Shown in pieces: positions 8,086 to 16,357 of a DNA stretch of 38,483 bases (its first letter is position 1; the number at the start of each line of letters is the position of its first letter). The stretch spans positions 1-38,483 of IMG/VR virus record IMGVR_UViG_3300025277_000056; one strand, written 5' to 3'. Source of the stretch: a virus (Duplodnaviria; Caudoviricetes). A program made the position numbers and the translations under genes. Below the pieces are notes generated by a model that had not been told where the DNA came from, did not search any database, and saw nothing but the letters and a program-made list of their open reading frames with translations.

Positions 8086-8787
8086 ATGATAGCAAAGATA
8101 AGAAAAAATGATATATGCCGAGATTTGTTAATTAAAAGAAAACATAAGGGCGAACTGAATGCAGAGATACTTACCAAATTTAGAATATATGCAAAGAAAA
8201 AGAAAGCTCAGTTGTTTGAAGAGGGTTATGAAAATGATGACCACGAGTATTGGCTACGACATTACTGTCGTAGTTGGTTATGTGATAAGAAACCCTCTCG
8301 TATAAAAGCAAGTAATAAATATAGAAGAAATTGTTCAGCACATAAGAAAAAAGCTAAGATTAGTAAATATAAAAGAATGAACTTAAATACTTGGGGTTTT
8401 ACTGAGGCTATGTGGAATAATTTTGCTTTAGCTGATATGAGAAGAAGACACCCTAGACGAGTGATGTGGAAAACTCGTAAGGAACTTTACGAATGGATTG
8501 TTAAGCAATTAAAAATACAAAACAATCGTTCTGCTTATCGTAACAAAAGAGGTGTTTATCCTAAAATGACAATGATAAGAGACGGAAACTTAACACCTAA
8601 TCAAAACTTTTTAATTAAACCTAACCTAAGTATTGACCGAATATTACCACACAGACATTATGTAAAGGGTAATGTAGTCTTATGTCAACGACAACAAAAC
8701 AAAGATAAAAATGCAATACACTTATATCAAGCAGAAGATGTTGTTAGGCTACAAAAAAAAGCTACAAAAACTTTTGCTAGAAAATAG
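8086..8787 (+). CDS. Highly basic protein with C-terminal His-Me finger (HNH-type) nuclease motif
   Basis: SIDRI...Y-x-x-GNV-x-L-C...N-x-x-K signature; K/R-rich. Confidence 0.65.
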   Translation: MIAKIRKNDICRDLLIKRKHKGELNAEILTKFRIYAKKKKAQLFEEGYENDDHEYWLRHYCRSWLCDKKPSRIKASNKYRRNCSAHKKKAKISKYKRMNLNTWGFTEAMWNNFALADMRRRHPRRVMWKTRKELYEWIVKQLKIQNNRSAYRNKRGVYPKMTMIRDGNLTPNQNFLIKPNLSIDRILPHRHYVKGNVVLCQRQQNKDKNAIHLYQAEDVVRLQKKATKTFARK

Positions 8788-8810
8788 AAAAAGAGTTATG
8801 ATTGTTCTCT

Positions 8811-9248
8811 ATGAGAACAGATGAAATAATCTACAGTCCATATCCATTTCAAGATAACTATATGGTACTTCTTGAAATGGATAATGTATCGCATACGATA
8901 CACTTTTCCCCACAATATAATTTATATATTGGCAACAACACTAAAAGAATCTTTTCACCTTCCTCGCTTCCCAGTTTTATTCAATCAAAGTTAGCTATGA
9001 TTAACTCTATTGCTAAAGAAAAATGGAATGCTTTTTTTGATAGTAATTCTTTTTATGAATTAGATTGCTACACTCATCATAGATACATTAAAAATAACCC
9101 AGAATTTAAACACATAGGTTGGCAAGTTTCTGATAGTATATATGTCATAGTCTTAAATGAAGACGAACTGACACAGCTAAAAGGAACTACTGTTGACACC
9201 AGAAAAGAAAGTCAAAGAGAAAGTCAAGAAAATACTCAAAGAACTTAG
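8811..9248 (+). CDS. Hypothetical protein (145 aa) containing palindrome copy 7
   Basis: ORF track 8802..9248 (TTG start); first ATG at 8811. Confidence 0.8.
   Translation: MRTDEIIYSPYPFQDNYMVLLEMDNVSHTIHFSPQYNLYIGNNTKRIFSPSSLPSFIQSKLAMINSIAKEKWNAFFDSNSFYELDCYTHHRYIKNNPEFKHIGWQVSDSIYVIVLNEDELTQLKGTTVDTRKESQRESQENTQRT
8885..8902. repeat. 18-bp palindromic element, copy 7 (intragenic)
   Basis: Exact 18/18 match read in frame within N-V-S-H-T-I-H. Confidence 0.95.
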
Positions 9249-9498
9249 TTGTTACTATTGTATGCCCTCTACAGGTGGCTATGGCTCAAGTGGAGTGCCA
9301 GATATTATTGCCTGTTATCAAGGCAGGTTTATCGGTATTGAGTGCAAAGCTAATGGTAACAAACCCACCGACTTACAACAAAAAAATCTTATTGACATTT
9401 TAAATTCACTAGGACAATCATTAGTGATTGACGAGAATAATATAGATATGCTAAAGTTATTTATTCAAACAAACGAAAGCAACATTAATAAAAACTAA
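9193..9498 (+). CDS. VRR-NUC family nuclease (putative Holliday junction resolvase)
   Basis: TPE...GVPDII...F-x-GIECK...PT-x-LQ PD-(D/E)XK pattern. Confidence 0.85.
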   Translation: MTPEKKVKEKVKKILKELSCYYCMPSTGGYGSSGVPDIIACYQGRFIGIECKANGNKPTDLQQKNLIDILNSLGQSLVIDENNIDMLKLFIQTNESNINKN

Positions 9499-9499
9499 T

Positions 9500-9700
9500 A
9501 TGACTTATGAGAGTAAAAAACCTACAACCTTAAATGATATTATAAAGCCAAATCGTAATTCTTCTGTCTACGATAGTTTAAATACAGAAGAAAGACTTAA
9601 ATATCTAACTATCTATGTGCGACAAAATAAACAACTTAGTCCTCATCAACACGAGGCAGTAATTGAAATGACTGATAAAGAATTTCTCTCAGAGCATTGA
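9500..9700 (+). CDS. Hypothetical protein (66 aa)
   Basis: ORF packed directly after VRR-NUC. Confidence 0.65.
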   Translation: MTYESKKPTTLNDIIKPNRNSSVYDSLNTEERLKYLTIYVRQNKQLSPHQHEAVIEMTDKEFLSEH

Positions 9701-9758
9701 GAACTGGTTATGGTAGGCGACTTGGACAGTGAGGACTTGGATAAAGAGAAAAATACAG

Positions 9759-9899
9759 ATGTCAAAAACACCAATACCTAATGTTCCACAGCCAAAAAGA
9801 GACGCTAGTGGAAAAGTAAGAAGGCTAAGAAAATCAGTTTCTCACGGAACTTTTAGATGTAAAAGAAAACCAAATAGTCCGAGATGTAAAAATGCCTAG
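9759..9899 (+). CDS. Small basic protein (46 aa; not in ORF track)
   Basis: Manual translation MSKTPIPNVPQPKRDASGKVRRLRKSVSHGTFRCKRKPNSPRCKNA; stop overlaps the next gene start. Confidence 0.55.
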   Translation: MSKTPIPNVPQPKRDASGKVRRLRKSVSHGTFRCKRKPNSPRCKNA

Positions 9900-10149
9900 A
9901 GGAACATCATATACGCCAGAACAGCTCAATACCATAGTAGAAAGAGTACAACAGCACAAAACAGAAAACCTGAAGGCTACACGTGCTAGTCTTGCAAGGT
10001 ACGCAGGGGTTAGTGTATCAGTATTGCAACGATTAGAAAAACAAGGCAAACTAGAACTTCCAAAGCCTATAACTAGACAACAACAAAGAAAAAGAGTAAT
10101 TGATTGGTCTAAAACATTAGGAAGATTAAATGATAGACGAGGTGGATAA
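9892..10149 (+). CDS. Helix-turn-helix DNA-binding protein
   Basis: TRASLARYAGVSVSVLQRLE matches an HTH pattern. Confidence 0.65.
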   Translation: MPRGTSYTPEQLNTIVERVQQHKTENLKATRASLARYAGVSVSVLQRLEKQGKLELPKPITRQQQRKRVIDWSKTLGRLNDRRGG

Positions 10150-10315
10150 AGCTAACGAACAATTAGAGAAAAGTATAGAAGTTACATTAAAAAATATTGA
10201 CACTACTATACCAAAGAATACTACAGGTAAATGTATTTCGTGTGGACAATTCGTTGAAGATGAGAGACGATGGTGTAATGCAGAGTGTAGAGACAACTAT
10301 GAAAAAAATCAATAA
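10130..10315 (+). CDS. TraR/DksA-like C4 zinc-finger protein
   Basis: N-terminal D-E-V-D-K-A (DxxDxA) helix plus CISC...RRWCNAEC; 61 aa. Confidence 0.75.
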   Translation: MIDEVDKANEQLEKSIEVTLKNIDTTIPKNTTGKCISCGQFVEDERRWCNAECRDNYEKNQ

Positions 10316-10469
10316 AAAAGATGTATGTAATAAGTGTGGAGAAAAAGGGAGATTCCTTGATAGAGGCACTTGGTGGTGTGCATGGGAAAATAAAGGGGGA
10401 GCTTGTAATTTAGTTGGTAGGTGTAAAAACGAAAAAAGAGAGAGAAACTATGCAGTTAGTAACGATTGA
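10299..10469 (+). CDS. Small Cys-rich zinc-ribbon protein (56 aa)
   Basis: ORF track 10197..10469; ATG 10299 preferred; CNKCG...WWC...C...C. Confidence 0.6.
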   Translation: MKKINKKDVCNKCGEKGRFLDRGTWWCAWENKGGACNLVGRCKNEKRERNYAVSND

Positions 10470-12315
10470 TTTTGAAACATTTTATGATGTTGGTTATGGG
10501 CTTAACAAACTCACTACCGAAGAATACATAAAAGACCCTCGTTTTCAGGTTATCGGTGTTGGTATCAAGATAGATGATGGTATTACTCATTGGCATACTG
10601 GCACACACGAACAAATTCAAGCTGTTCTAAACACTATCGACTGGAACGTGGCGGCCCTAGTGTGTCATAACATGATGTTTGATGGTGCAATCTTATCATT
10701 TATCTTTGATATTATACCTAAAGTTTACTTTGATACCTTATGTATGGCTCGTGCTTATCATGGCACTAATGCAGGTGGCTCTTTGAAAGCACTTGCAGAA
10801 CGCTATCAACTAGGACAGAAAGGCACAGAAGTATTAGACGCAAAAAGTAAACGCCTAGAGGATTTTGATAGTGAGGACTTACATCGCTATGGTCTTTACT
10901 GTATTAATGATGTGGAACTAACATATAAACTGTTTAATATTTTAAAGAAAGACTATCCCCCTGGAGAGCTAAAGCTTATTGATTTAACCATAAGAATGTT
11001 TACACAGCCACAGTTACAAGTAGATGACGCTTTGTTAATAGATAGACTAGAAGAAGTCAAACAAGAGAAAGAGGACTTACTGTCTGGTCTGAAAGCAAAA
11101 CTTAAATGCGAAGATGAGGAAAGTGTACGCAAAAAGTTAGCAAGTAATAAACAGTTTGCTGAACTACTTGAAGAACTTAAAGTAATTGTCCCTATGAAAG
11201 AAAGCCCTACTACAGGCAAACAAACATTTGCTTTAGCAAAAACAGATGAGGGCTTTATTGCCCTACAGAATCACGCAGACCCTTTCATACAAGACCTATG
11301 TGCAGTCCGTCTAGGAACAAAGTCAACGATTGAGGAATCTAGAATAGAAAGATTCATAGGCATAGGTGCAAGAAACAAAGGCAAACTACCCATACCCTTG
11401 AAGTATTATGGGGCACACACAGGTAGGTGGAGTGGCTCAGATAAAGTTAACTTTCAAAACTTGCCGTCAAGAGATGTTAAAAAGAAAGCATTGAAGCAAG
11501 CCGTGATCCCGCCAGCAGGGTATGTTTGTATGAACATAGATTCTTCACAGATAGAAGCAAGACTATTGGTCTGGCTGGCAGGGCAAGATGATGTTACTGA
11601 ATGGTACAGAGAAGGACGAGATGTGTACTGTGAGTTTGCAAGTAAAGTATATAACAAGAAGATTACTAAAAAGAATAAGACTGAAAGAGCAGTTGGTAAG
11701 ACATGCATTCTTGGTTTAGGTTACGGCACAGGTGCTATGAAACTACAAAATGTTTTAAAACTAGGTGCAGGAGTTGACTTTGATGAATTAGAATGTAAAC
11801 GATTAGTTAGAGTATATCGAGAAGTTAATAATAAAGTAATTGAACTATGGCAAGAATGTGATAGTGCATTAGCAGACCTAGCGTCATGGCCTGAAGGTAA
11901 AGAACCGTACTATATTGGTAAGGGGGAGTGTGTAATGATTACACCTGAAGGAATAAAGTTACCGAATGGGTTATATATTTATTATCCAGAATTAGAATGG
12001 GATACTTCAGAAGTAAAAAGTAGATACACTTACAAAAAAAGAAATGGGCGAGTAGGTATTTGGGGTGGTAGTGTAGTTGAAAATATAATACAAGCTTTAG
12101 CTAGAATAGTTATCGGGGAACAAATGGTAAACATAAGTCATAAGTATAGACCTGCATTAACAGTACATGACGCTATTGTTTGTGTGGCTGCGGAAGAAGA
12201 TAAAGATGAGGCTTTAAATTATATTATGACAGAAATGTCTAAGCCTCCAGCCTGGGCAAAAGATTGTCCAATCACATGCGAAGGCGGTTATGCCTTTAAC
12301 TACGGGGATTGTTAA
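10450..12315 (+). CDS. polA: DNA polymerase, family A, with 3'-5' exonuclease domain
   Basis: ExoI IDFET, ExoII HNMMFD, ExoIII YCIND, HTGRWSG/NFQN, motif A DSSQIEAR, motif B R-x-x-GKTCILGLGYG, motif C VHD; ATG 10450 preferred. Confidence 0.95.
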   Translation: MQLVTIDFETFYDVGYGLNKLTTEEYIKDPRFQVIGVGIKIDDGITHWHTGTHEQIQAVLNTIDWNVAALVCHNMMFDGAILSFIFDIIPKVYFDTLCMARAYHGTNAGGSLKALAERYQLGQKGTEVLDAKSKRLEDFDSEDLHRYGLYCINDVELTYKLFNILKKDYPPGELKLIDLTIRMFTQPQLQVDDALLIDRLEEVKQEKEDLLSGLKAKLKCEDEESVRKKLASNKQFAELLEELKVIVPMKESPTTGKQTFALAKTDEGFIALQNHADPFIQDLCAVRLGTKSTIEESRIERFIGIGARNKGKLPIPLKYYGAHTGRWSGSDKVNFQNLPSRDVKKKALKQAVIPPAGYVCMNIDSSQIEARLLVWLAGQDDVTEWYREGRDVYCEFASKVYNKKITKKNKTERAVGKTCILGLGYGTGAMKLQNVLKLGAGVDFDELECKRLVRVYREVNNKVIELWQECDSALADLASWPEGKEPYYIGKGECVMITPEGIKLPNGLYIYYPELEWDTSEVKSRYTYKKRNGRVGIWGGSVVENIIQALARIVIGEQMVNISHKYRPALTVHDAIVCVAAEEDKDEALNYIMTEMSKPPAWAKDCPITCEGGYAFNYGDC

Positions 12316-12374
12316 GTTGCAAACAATATAAATTTATGGGAACATCAAGTAACTATAAAAATAAAGGGGACAGA

Positions 12375-13046
12375 ATGTCGGAGTTCACATGGAGTTATTC
12401 ATCTTTAAAACAATATCAAAACTGTCCTAAACAATACCACGAAATAAGAGTATTAAAAAATTATACTGTAAAAGAAAGTCAAGCGATGATTTATGGTAAG
12501 GAAGTGCATACAGCCTTAGAAGAGTATGTACGGGATGGCAAGCCCTTAGCTAAGAACTATTTAAGATTTAAACCTGTAGTTGATTCCTTAATAAACATAG
12601 AAGGTGAGAAATTTTGTGAATACGAAATGGCACTTACTTACAACAAAGAGCCGTGTGATTTTAATAATAAAAATAAATGGGTGCGAGGTATTGCCGACTT
12701 AGTTATTATTGATGGTACTCAAGCTTATATAATTGACTATAAGACAGGCAATAATAAATATCCTGACCCTAAACAATTAAAGTTAATGTCTATTATGTTA
12801 TTTACCCACATGCCTGAAGTAGTAAAAATAAAAGCGGGACTATTATTTGTTATGAAGAATAGTTTTTTAACAGAGGAATACCATAGAAGCGATATGGATA
12901 AATTGTGGAAGTCATTTGAGTCGCCCCTCAAACGACTAGAAACAAGCTATGATTATAATGAGTGGCCACCTAATCCTACTCCTTTATGTGGGTGGTGTTC
13001 TGTAGATGAATGTGAGTTTTATAGACCTAAATTTTTCCCAAGTTAA
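12375..13046 (+). CDS. Cas4/RecB-like PD-(D/E)XK exonuclease
   Basis: WSYSSL...CP, G-x-E-V-H, RGIAD...IIDYKTG, QL, and C-terminal C-x-x-C-x4-C (possible Fe-S ligands); ATG 12375 after GGGGA. Confidence 0.88.
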   Translation: MSEFTWSYSSLKQYQNCPKQYHEIRVLKNYTVKESQAMIYGKEVHTALEEYVRDGKPLAKNYLRFKPVVDSLINIEGEKFCEYEMALTYNKEPCDFNNKNKWVRGIADLVIIDGTQAYIIDYKTGNNKYPDPKQLKLMSIMLFTHMPEVVKIKAGLLFVMKNSFLTEEYHRSDMDKLWKSFESPLKRLETSYDYNEWPPNPTPLCGWCSVDECEFYRPKFFPS

Positions 13047-13049
13047 AGT

Positions 13050-13253
13050 ATGCAATCTAAAAAAATGAGCTTAATTGAGTCCTTAATTAATGTAACCGTT
13101 GGTTATTTAGTAGCTGTTGGGGCTAATTATATTGTTTTACCAATGTTCGGGTATATGGTTAATGTTGCTGATAGTTTTTACATAGGCCTTGTATTTATGG
13201 CAATCGCTATGATAAGAAGCTATTTACTGAGAAGATTATTTAATAATTTATAA
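13050..13253 (+). CDS. Small two-TM membrane protein
   Basis: Hydrophobic; QS...S-x-I-E-S...N...G...R-S-Y-x-x-R-R-x-F-N pattern common in phages. Confidence 0.8.
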   Translation: MQSKKMSLIESLINVTVGYLVAVGANYIVLPMFGYMVNVADSFYIGLVFMAIAMIRSYLLRRLFNNL

Positions 13254-13289
13254 TATGAATAAACACAGAAAAAGAGTATAATTCAATAT

Positions 13290-13598
13290 ATGCCGTATGT
13301 AAACAAACCCAGACCTTACAAGAAGGAATGGCAACAAGAGAAGAAGAGAAACGAGAAGAAAAAAAGAGCTGCTCGTGCTAGAGCCCGTAGGAAAATAGAT
13401 GCAAAAGGTATAGACCGTAAGGGCAAAGATGTATCACATAAAAAAGCGTTATCTAAGGGCGGTAAAAACTCTGACGGTTTAGTAGTACAATCTAAGTCTA
13501 AGAATCGTTCATTCAAAAGAAGTTCAAGTCATAAGCTAGTATCTGAGACAAGCACTAGAGAGAGAAAAAAATCAAAAAAAAGTAAAAGAAAAACTTGA
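13290..13598 (+). CDS. Basic HNH-like protein
   Basis: DVSH-KKALSKGG-x-N...NRS resembles a small HNH fold, possibly degenerate. Confidence 0.65.
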   Translation: MPYVNKPRPYKKEWQQEKKRNEKKKRAARARARRKIDAKGIDRKGKDVSHKKALSKGGKNSDGLVVQSKSKNRSFKRSSSHKLVSETSTRERKKSKKSKRKT

Positions 13599-13624
13599 CC
13601 TATATAAAATTATAGTGATATAGT
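13595..13624 (+). promoter_or_regulatory. Putative sigma70 promoter for helicase/replication genes
   Basis: TTGACC (13595-13600), 18-bp spacer, TATAGT (13619-13624) with extended -10 TG at 13616-13617. Confidence 0.55.
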
Positions 13625-13677
13625 AATTCTTTAGTTAAGTAAAAAGTACATAGTAAACAGTAAACAGTAAGGAAGTT

Positions 13678-15243
13678 ATGGAGTTAATTGGAGAGAAAGC
13701 CGTTAAGCTTGTGTTGCCTGAGCATTTAGGCAAATTGGTTAAAGACCATATTACGCAAAGCGAAATTATAAATACAGCGAATGAGGTTTCAAATCTATTA
13801 ATTTATTGGGGTTTAGATGAAATGACTAAACTCAATACACTTATGAGATTAAAATCTTATCTTCCATCTCCTATGAGGAGAGATTATTCATATCCAGGAA
13901 TATACAAACCTTTTGAGCACCAGGCGGCTACTGCCGAGTTTTTAAGTATAAACAAACGAGCTTTTTGTTTTAACGAAGCGGGTACAGGCAAAACATCCTC
14001 AGCTCTTTGGGCTGCTGATTATTTAATGCAACAAGGTAAAATTAAAAAGGTATTAGTAATATGCCCTCTATCTATTATGTATTCTGCATGGCAAGGCGAT
14101 GTTTTTAATACTTGTATGCATAGAAGTTCAATAGTTTGCTATGGGCCAGCTCATAAACGAAAAACAATTATTGAAGGGAATTATGATTTTACTATTATAA
14201 ACTATGATGGAGTTAAAATTGTTAGAGACGAAATTAAAGAAGCAGATTTTGACTTAATTATAGTTGATGAATGTAATGCATATAAATCACACACTACAGT
14301 TAGATGGAAAACACTTAATAAAATATTAAACCCTAACACTATGGTATGGATGATGACAGGAACTCCTGCGTGTCAATCGCCTGTAGATGCTTTTGGTTTG
14401 GGTAAATTAATATGCCCTGATAGATTACCTAGACTATCAGCCGCATGGAGAGAGAAAGTAATGTATCAAATTTCTCGTTTTAAATGGTTACCTAAACCTA
14501 ACTCAAAAGATTCAGTGTTTGCGGCGTTACAACCATCTATAAGATTTGCAAAAGACCAGTGTTTAGATTTACCAGAGGTTACATATCAAACTAGAATTGT
14601 ACCTTTAACTAAGCAAGTAGAGAAATATTATAAACAGTTAAAAACACAAATGATTATAGCTGCAGGAGATGAGTCAGTAACTGCAGTAAACGCAGCGGCA
14701 GGCATGAATAAACTTTTACAGATATCTGGCGGTGCAGTTTATACAGACGAACATGAAACAATTAGGTTTGATGTTAAGCCTAGATTAAATGCTTTGATGG
14801 AAGTTTTAGGAGACACTGACCATAAGATTCTTCTTTTTGTTCCATACAGGCACACCATAGAATTTTTAGCAGAATATTTAACGAGTAAAAATATTACTAA
14901 CGATGTTATCAACGGCAGTGTTTCTGCGAATGATAGAGCAAACATCATAAACAAGTTTCAAACTCAGGACGAACCTAGAGTTCTAGTAATACAACCACAG
15001 GCAGCTTCTCATGGCGTTACATTGACCGCAGCAGACACAGTAGTGTTTTGGTCTCCTGTTATGTCGGTAGAAGTTTACTTACAATGTATTGCGAGAATAG
15101 ATAGGGTAGGGCAAAAGAACAGAATGACAGTTGTTCACTTACAAGGTTCTGATGTTGAAAAAAGAATGTATGCCATGCTACAAGGTAAAGTAGACCAGCA
15201 TACTAAATTAGTTGACTTATACAGAGAGGAATTAGAACTATGA
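13678..15243 (+). CDS. SNF2-family (SF2) helicase
   Basis: Walker A EAGTGKT, ICP-L-S, Walker B IIVDECN, MTGTP, HGVTLT-x-A, Q-x-x-x-R-I-x-R-x-GQ. Confidence 0.92.
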   Translation: MELIGEKAVKLVLPEHLGKLVKDHITQSEIINTANEVSNLLIYWGLDEMTKLNTLMRLKSYLPSPMRRDYSYPGIYKPFEHQAATAEFLSINKRAFCFNEAGTGKTSSALWAADYLMQQGKIKKVLVICPLSIMYSAWQGDVFNTCMHRSSIVCYGPAHKRKTIIEGNYDFTIINYDGVKIVRDEIKEADFDLIIVDECNAYKSHTTVRWKTLNKILNPNTMVWMMTGTPACQSPVDAFGLGKLICPDRLPRLSAAWREKVMYQISRFKWLPKPNSKDSVFAALQPSIRFAKDQCLDLPEVTYQTRIVPLTKQVEKYYKQLKTQMIIAAGDESVTAVNAAAGMNKLLQISGGAVYTDEHETIRFDVKPRLNALMEVLGDTDHKILLFVPYRHTIEFLAEYLTSKNITNDVINGSVSANDRANIINKFQTQDEPRVLVIQPQAASHGVTLTAADTVVFWSPVMSVEVYLQCIARIDRVGQKNRMTVVHLQGSDVEKRMYAMLQGKVDQHTKLVDLYREELEL

Positions 15244-15686
15244 ATGATAAAGTAGATGAAGTTCTAGAACAATCTGTCGACAACAGTAAGATTCCGTTAG
15301 ACGAAGTGGTAGACACTTATATAACGATTCGAAATGATAAAGACAGACGTGCTAGAGAGTTTCAGCAAAAAGACCAAGAGTTGAAGAATGAACTTGAGCA
15401 GTTAGAGCAAGTGATGCTTCACTCCTGTAATGAAGTAAATGCAGATAGCATTAAAACTTCAAGAGGTACGATTATTAAATCTCTAAAAGAGAATTATGTA
15501 TGTTCTGACTGGACTAATTTTAAGGGTTTTATTTTAGAAAACGAAGCCCCAGAATTATTACAACAGCGTATACATCAAGCAAACTTTAAAGAGTTTTTAT
15601 CTAGTCGTACAGAGGAAGGATTACCTCCAGGAATTAGTTCCATGAGGCAATTCAGTATTGTAGTACGTAAACCAACCAGTAAATAG
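15240..15686 (+). CDS. Conserved phage replication-module protein (148 aa)
   Basis: Coiled coil, SIKT-x-x-GT, DW...F and PPG motifs; ATGA-coupled to the helicase. Confidence 0.8.
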   Translation: MNDKVDEVLEQSVDNSKIPLDEVVDTYITIRNDKDRRAREFQQKDQELKNELEQLEQVMLHSCNEVNADSIKTSRGTIIKSLKENYVCSDWTNFKGFILENEAPELLQQRIHQANFKEFLSSRTEEGLPPGISSMRQFSIVVRKPTSK

Positions 15687-15697
15687 GAGAGTATATT

Positions 15698-16354
15698 ATG
15701 GCTAAACAAACCATAACCACACCGACAGGTGTAGCTTTGTATCCTTGGTTGAACAAACCAGATACAGAGTACAATAAAGACGGAGAGTACAAAGTTAATC
15801 TTGTGCTATCAAAAGAAGAGGCACAGCCTATCATTGCTACTATCAATGAAGTTTTTTCAGAGAATCTAAAAGACGAAATGAAAAAACAAAAAAAGAAAGA
15901 GCTTAAAAAAGCAAATCCTCCATATGCGGAGGAGCTTGATGATGATGGCAAAGCAACAGGGAATGTTATCTTTAAGTTTAAATCAAAAGCAGTTTATAAA
16001 CCTGCAATCTTTGATGCTAACGGAGAGACTGTTATTAACCCACAAATATGGGGTGGCTCTGAGATTAGAGTAAACGCAGCATTATACCCATACTTTGTTT
16101 CTACTATAGGAGCAGGAGTATCTTTAAAACTAAGAGCGGTTCAAGTTATTGCACTTGTTGAAGGTTCAGAAGGTGCAGGTCGCTTTGGTTTTGAGAAAAC
16201 TGCAGGCTATGTTCACAAAGAAAAAGATGAAGGGGCAGAAGTTTTCAATGAAGCTGCTAAAACAACTGAACCTGAAGTTGTTAAAACCCAACCTACAGAT
16301 GATGGCAGTAAGGATATTGCTGACATTGTAGATAAGTGGGGAGCTAAAGGCTAA
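15698..16354 (+). CDS. T7 gp2.5-like single-stranded DNA-binding protein
   Basis: TP-x-G...YP-x-L-x-x-PD...G-x-YKV-x-L, IWGGS, GAGVSL-x-L-x-AVQVI-x-LVE motifs; AGGAG RBS. Confidence 0.85.
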   Translation: MAKQTITTPTGVALYPWLNKPDTEYNKDGEYKVNLVLSKEEAQPIIATINEVFSENLKDEMKKQKKKELKKANPPYAEELDDDGKATGNVIFKFKSKAVYKPAIFDANGETVINPQIWGGSEIRVNAALYPYFVSTIGAGVSLKLRAVQVIALVEGSEGAGRFGFEKTAGYVHKEKDEGAEVFNEAAKTTEPEVVKTQPTDDGSKDIADIVDKWGAKG

Positions 16355-16357
16355 CAA

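Noticed and set aside
308-8902. 18-bp palindromes read as a CRISPR array, LexA box or integron attC sites
   Set aside because: Spacing is irregular (0.6-2.3 kb); the sequence does not fit CTG-N10-CAG; no attC R-box structure or integrase is seen
9698-9781. Possible TGA read-through or recoding after 9500..9700 (frame stays open for 26 more codons)
   Set aside because: Single instance; TGA and TAG behave as normal stops elsewhere, so there is no sign of an alternative genetic code
12375-13046. Cas4-like gene as evidence of a CRISPR-Cas system
   Set aside because: Stand-alone Cas4-like exonucleases are routine in phage replication modules; no cas1, cas2 or effector genes are present
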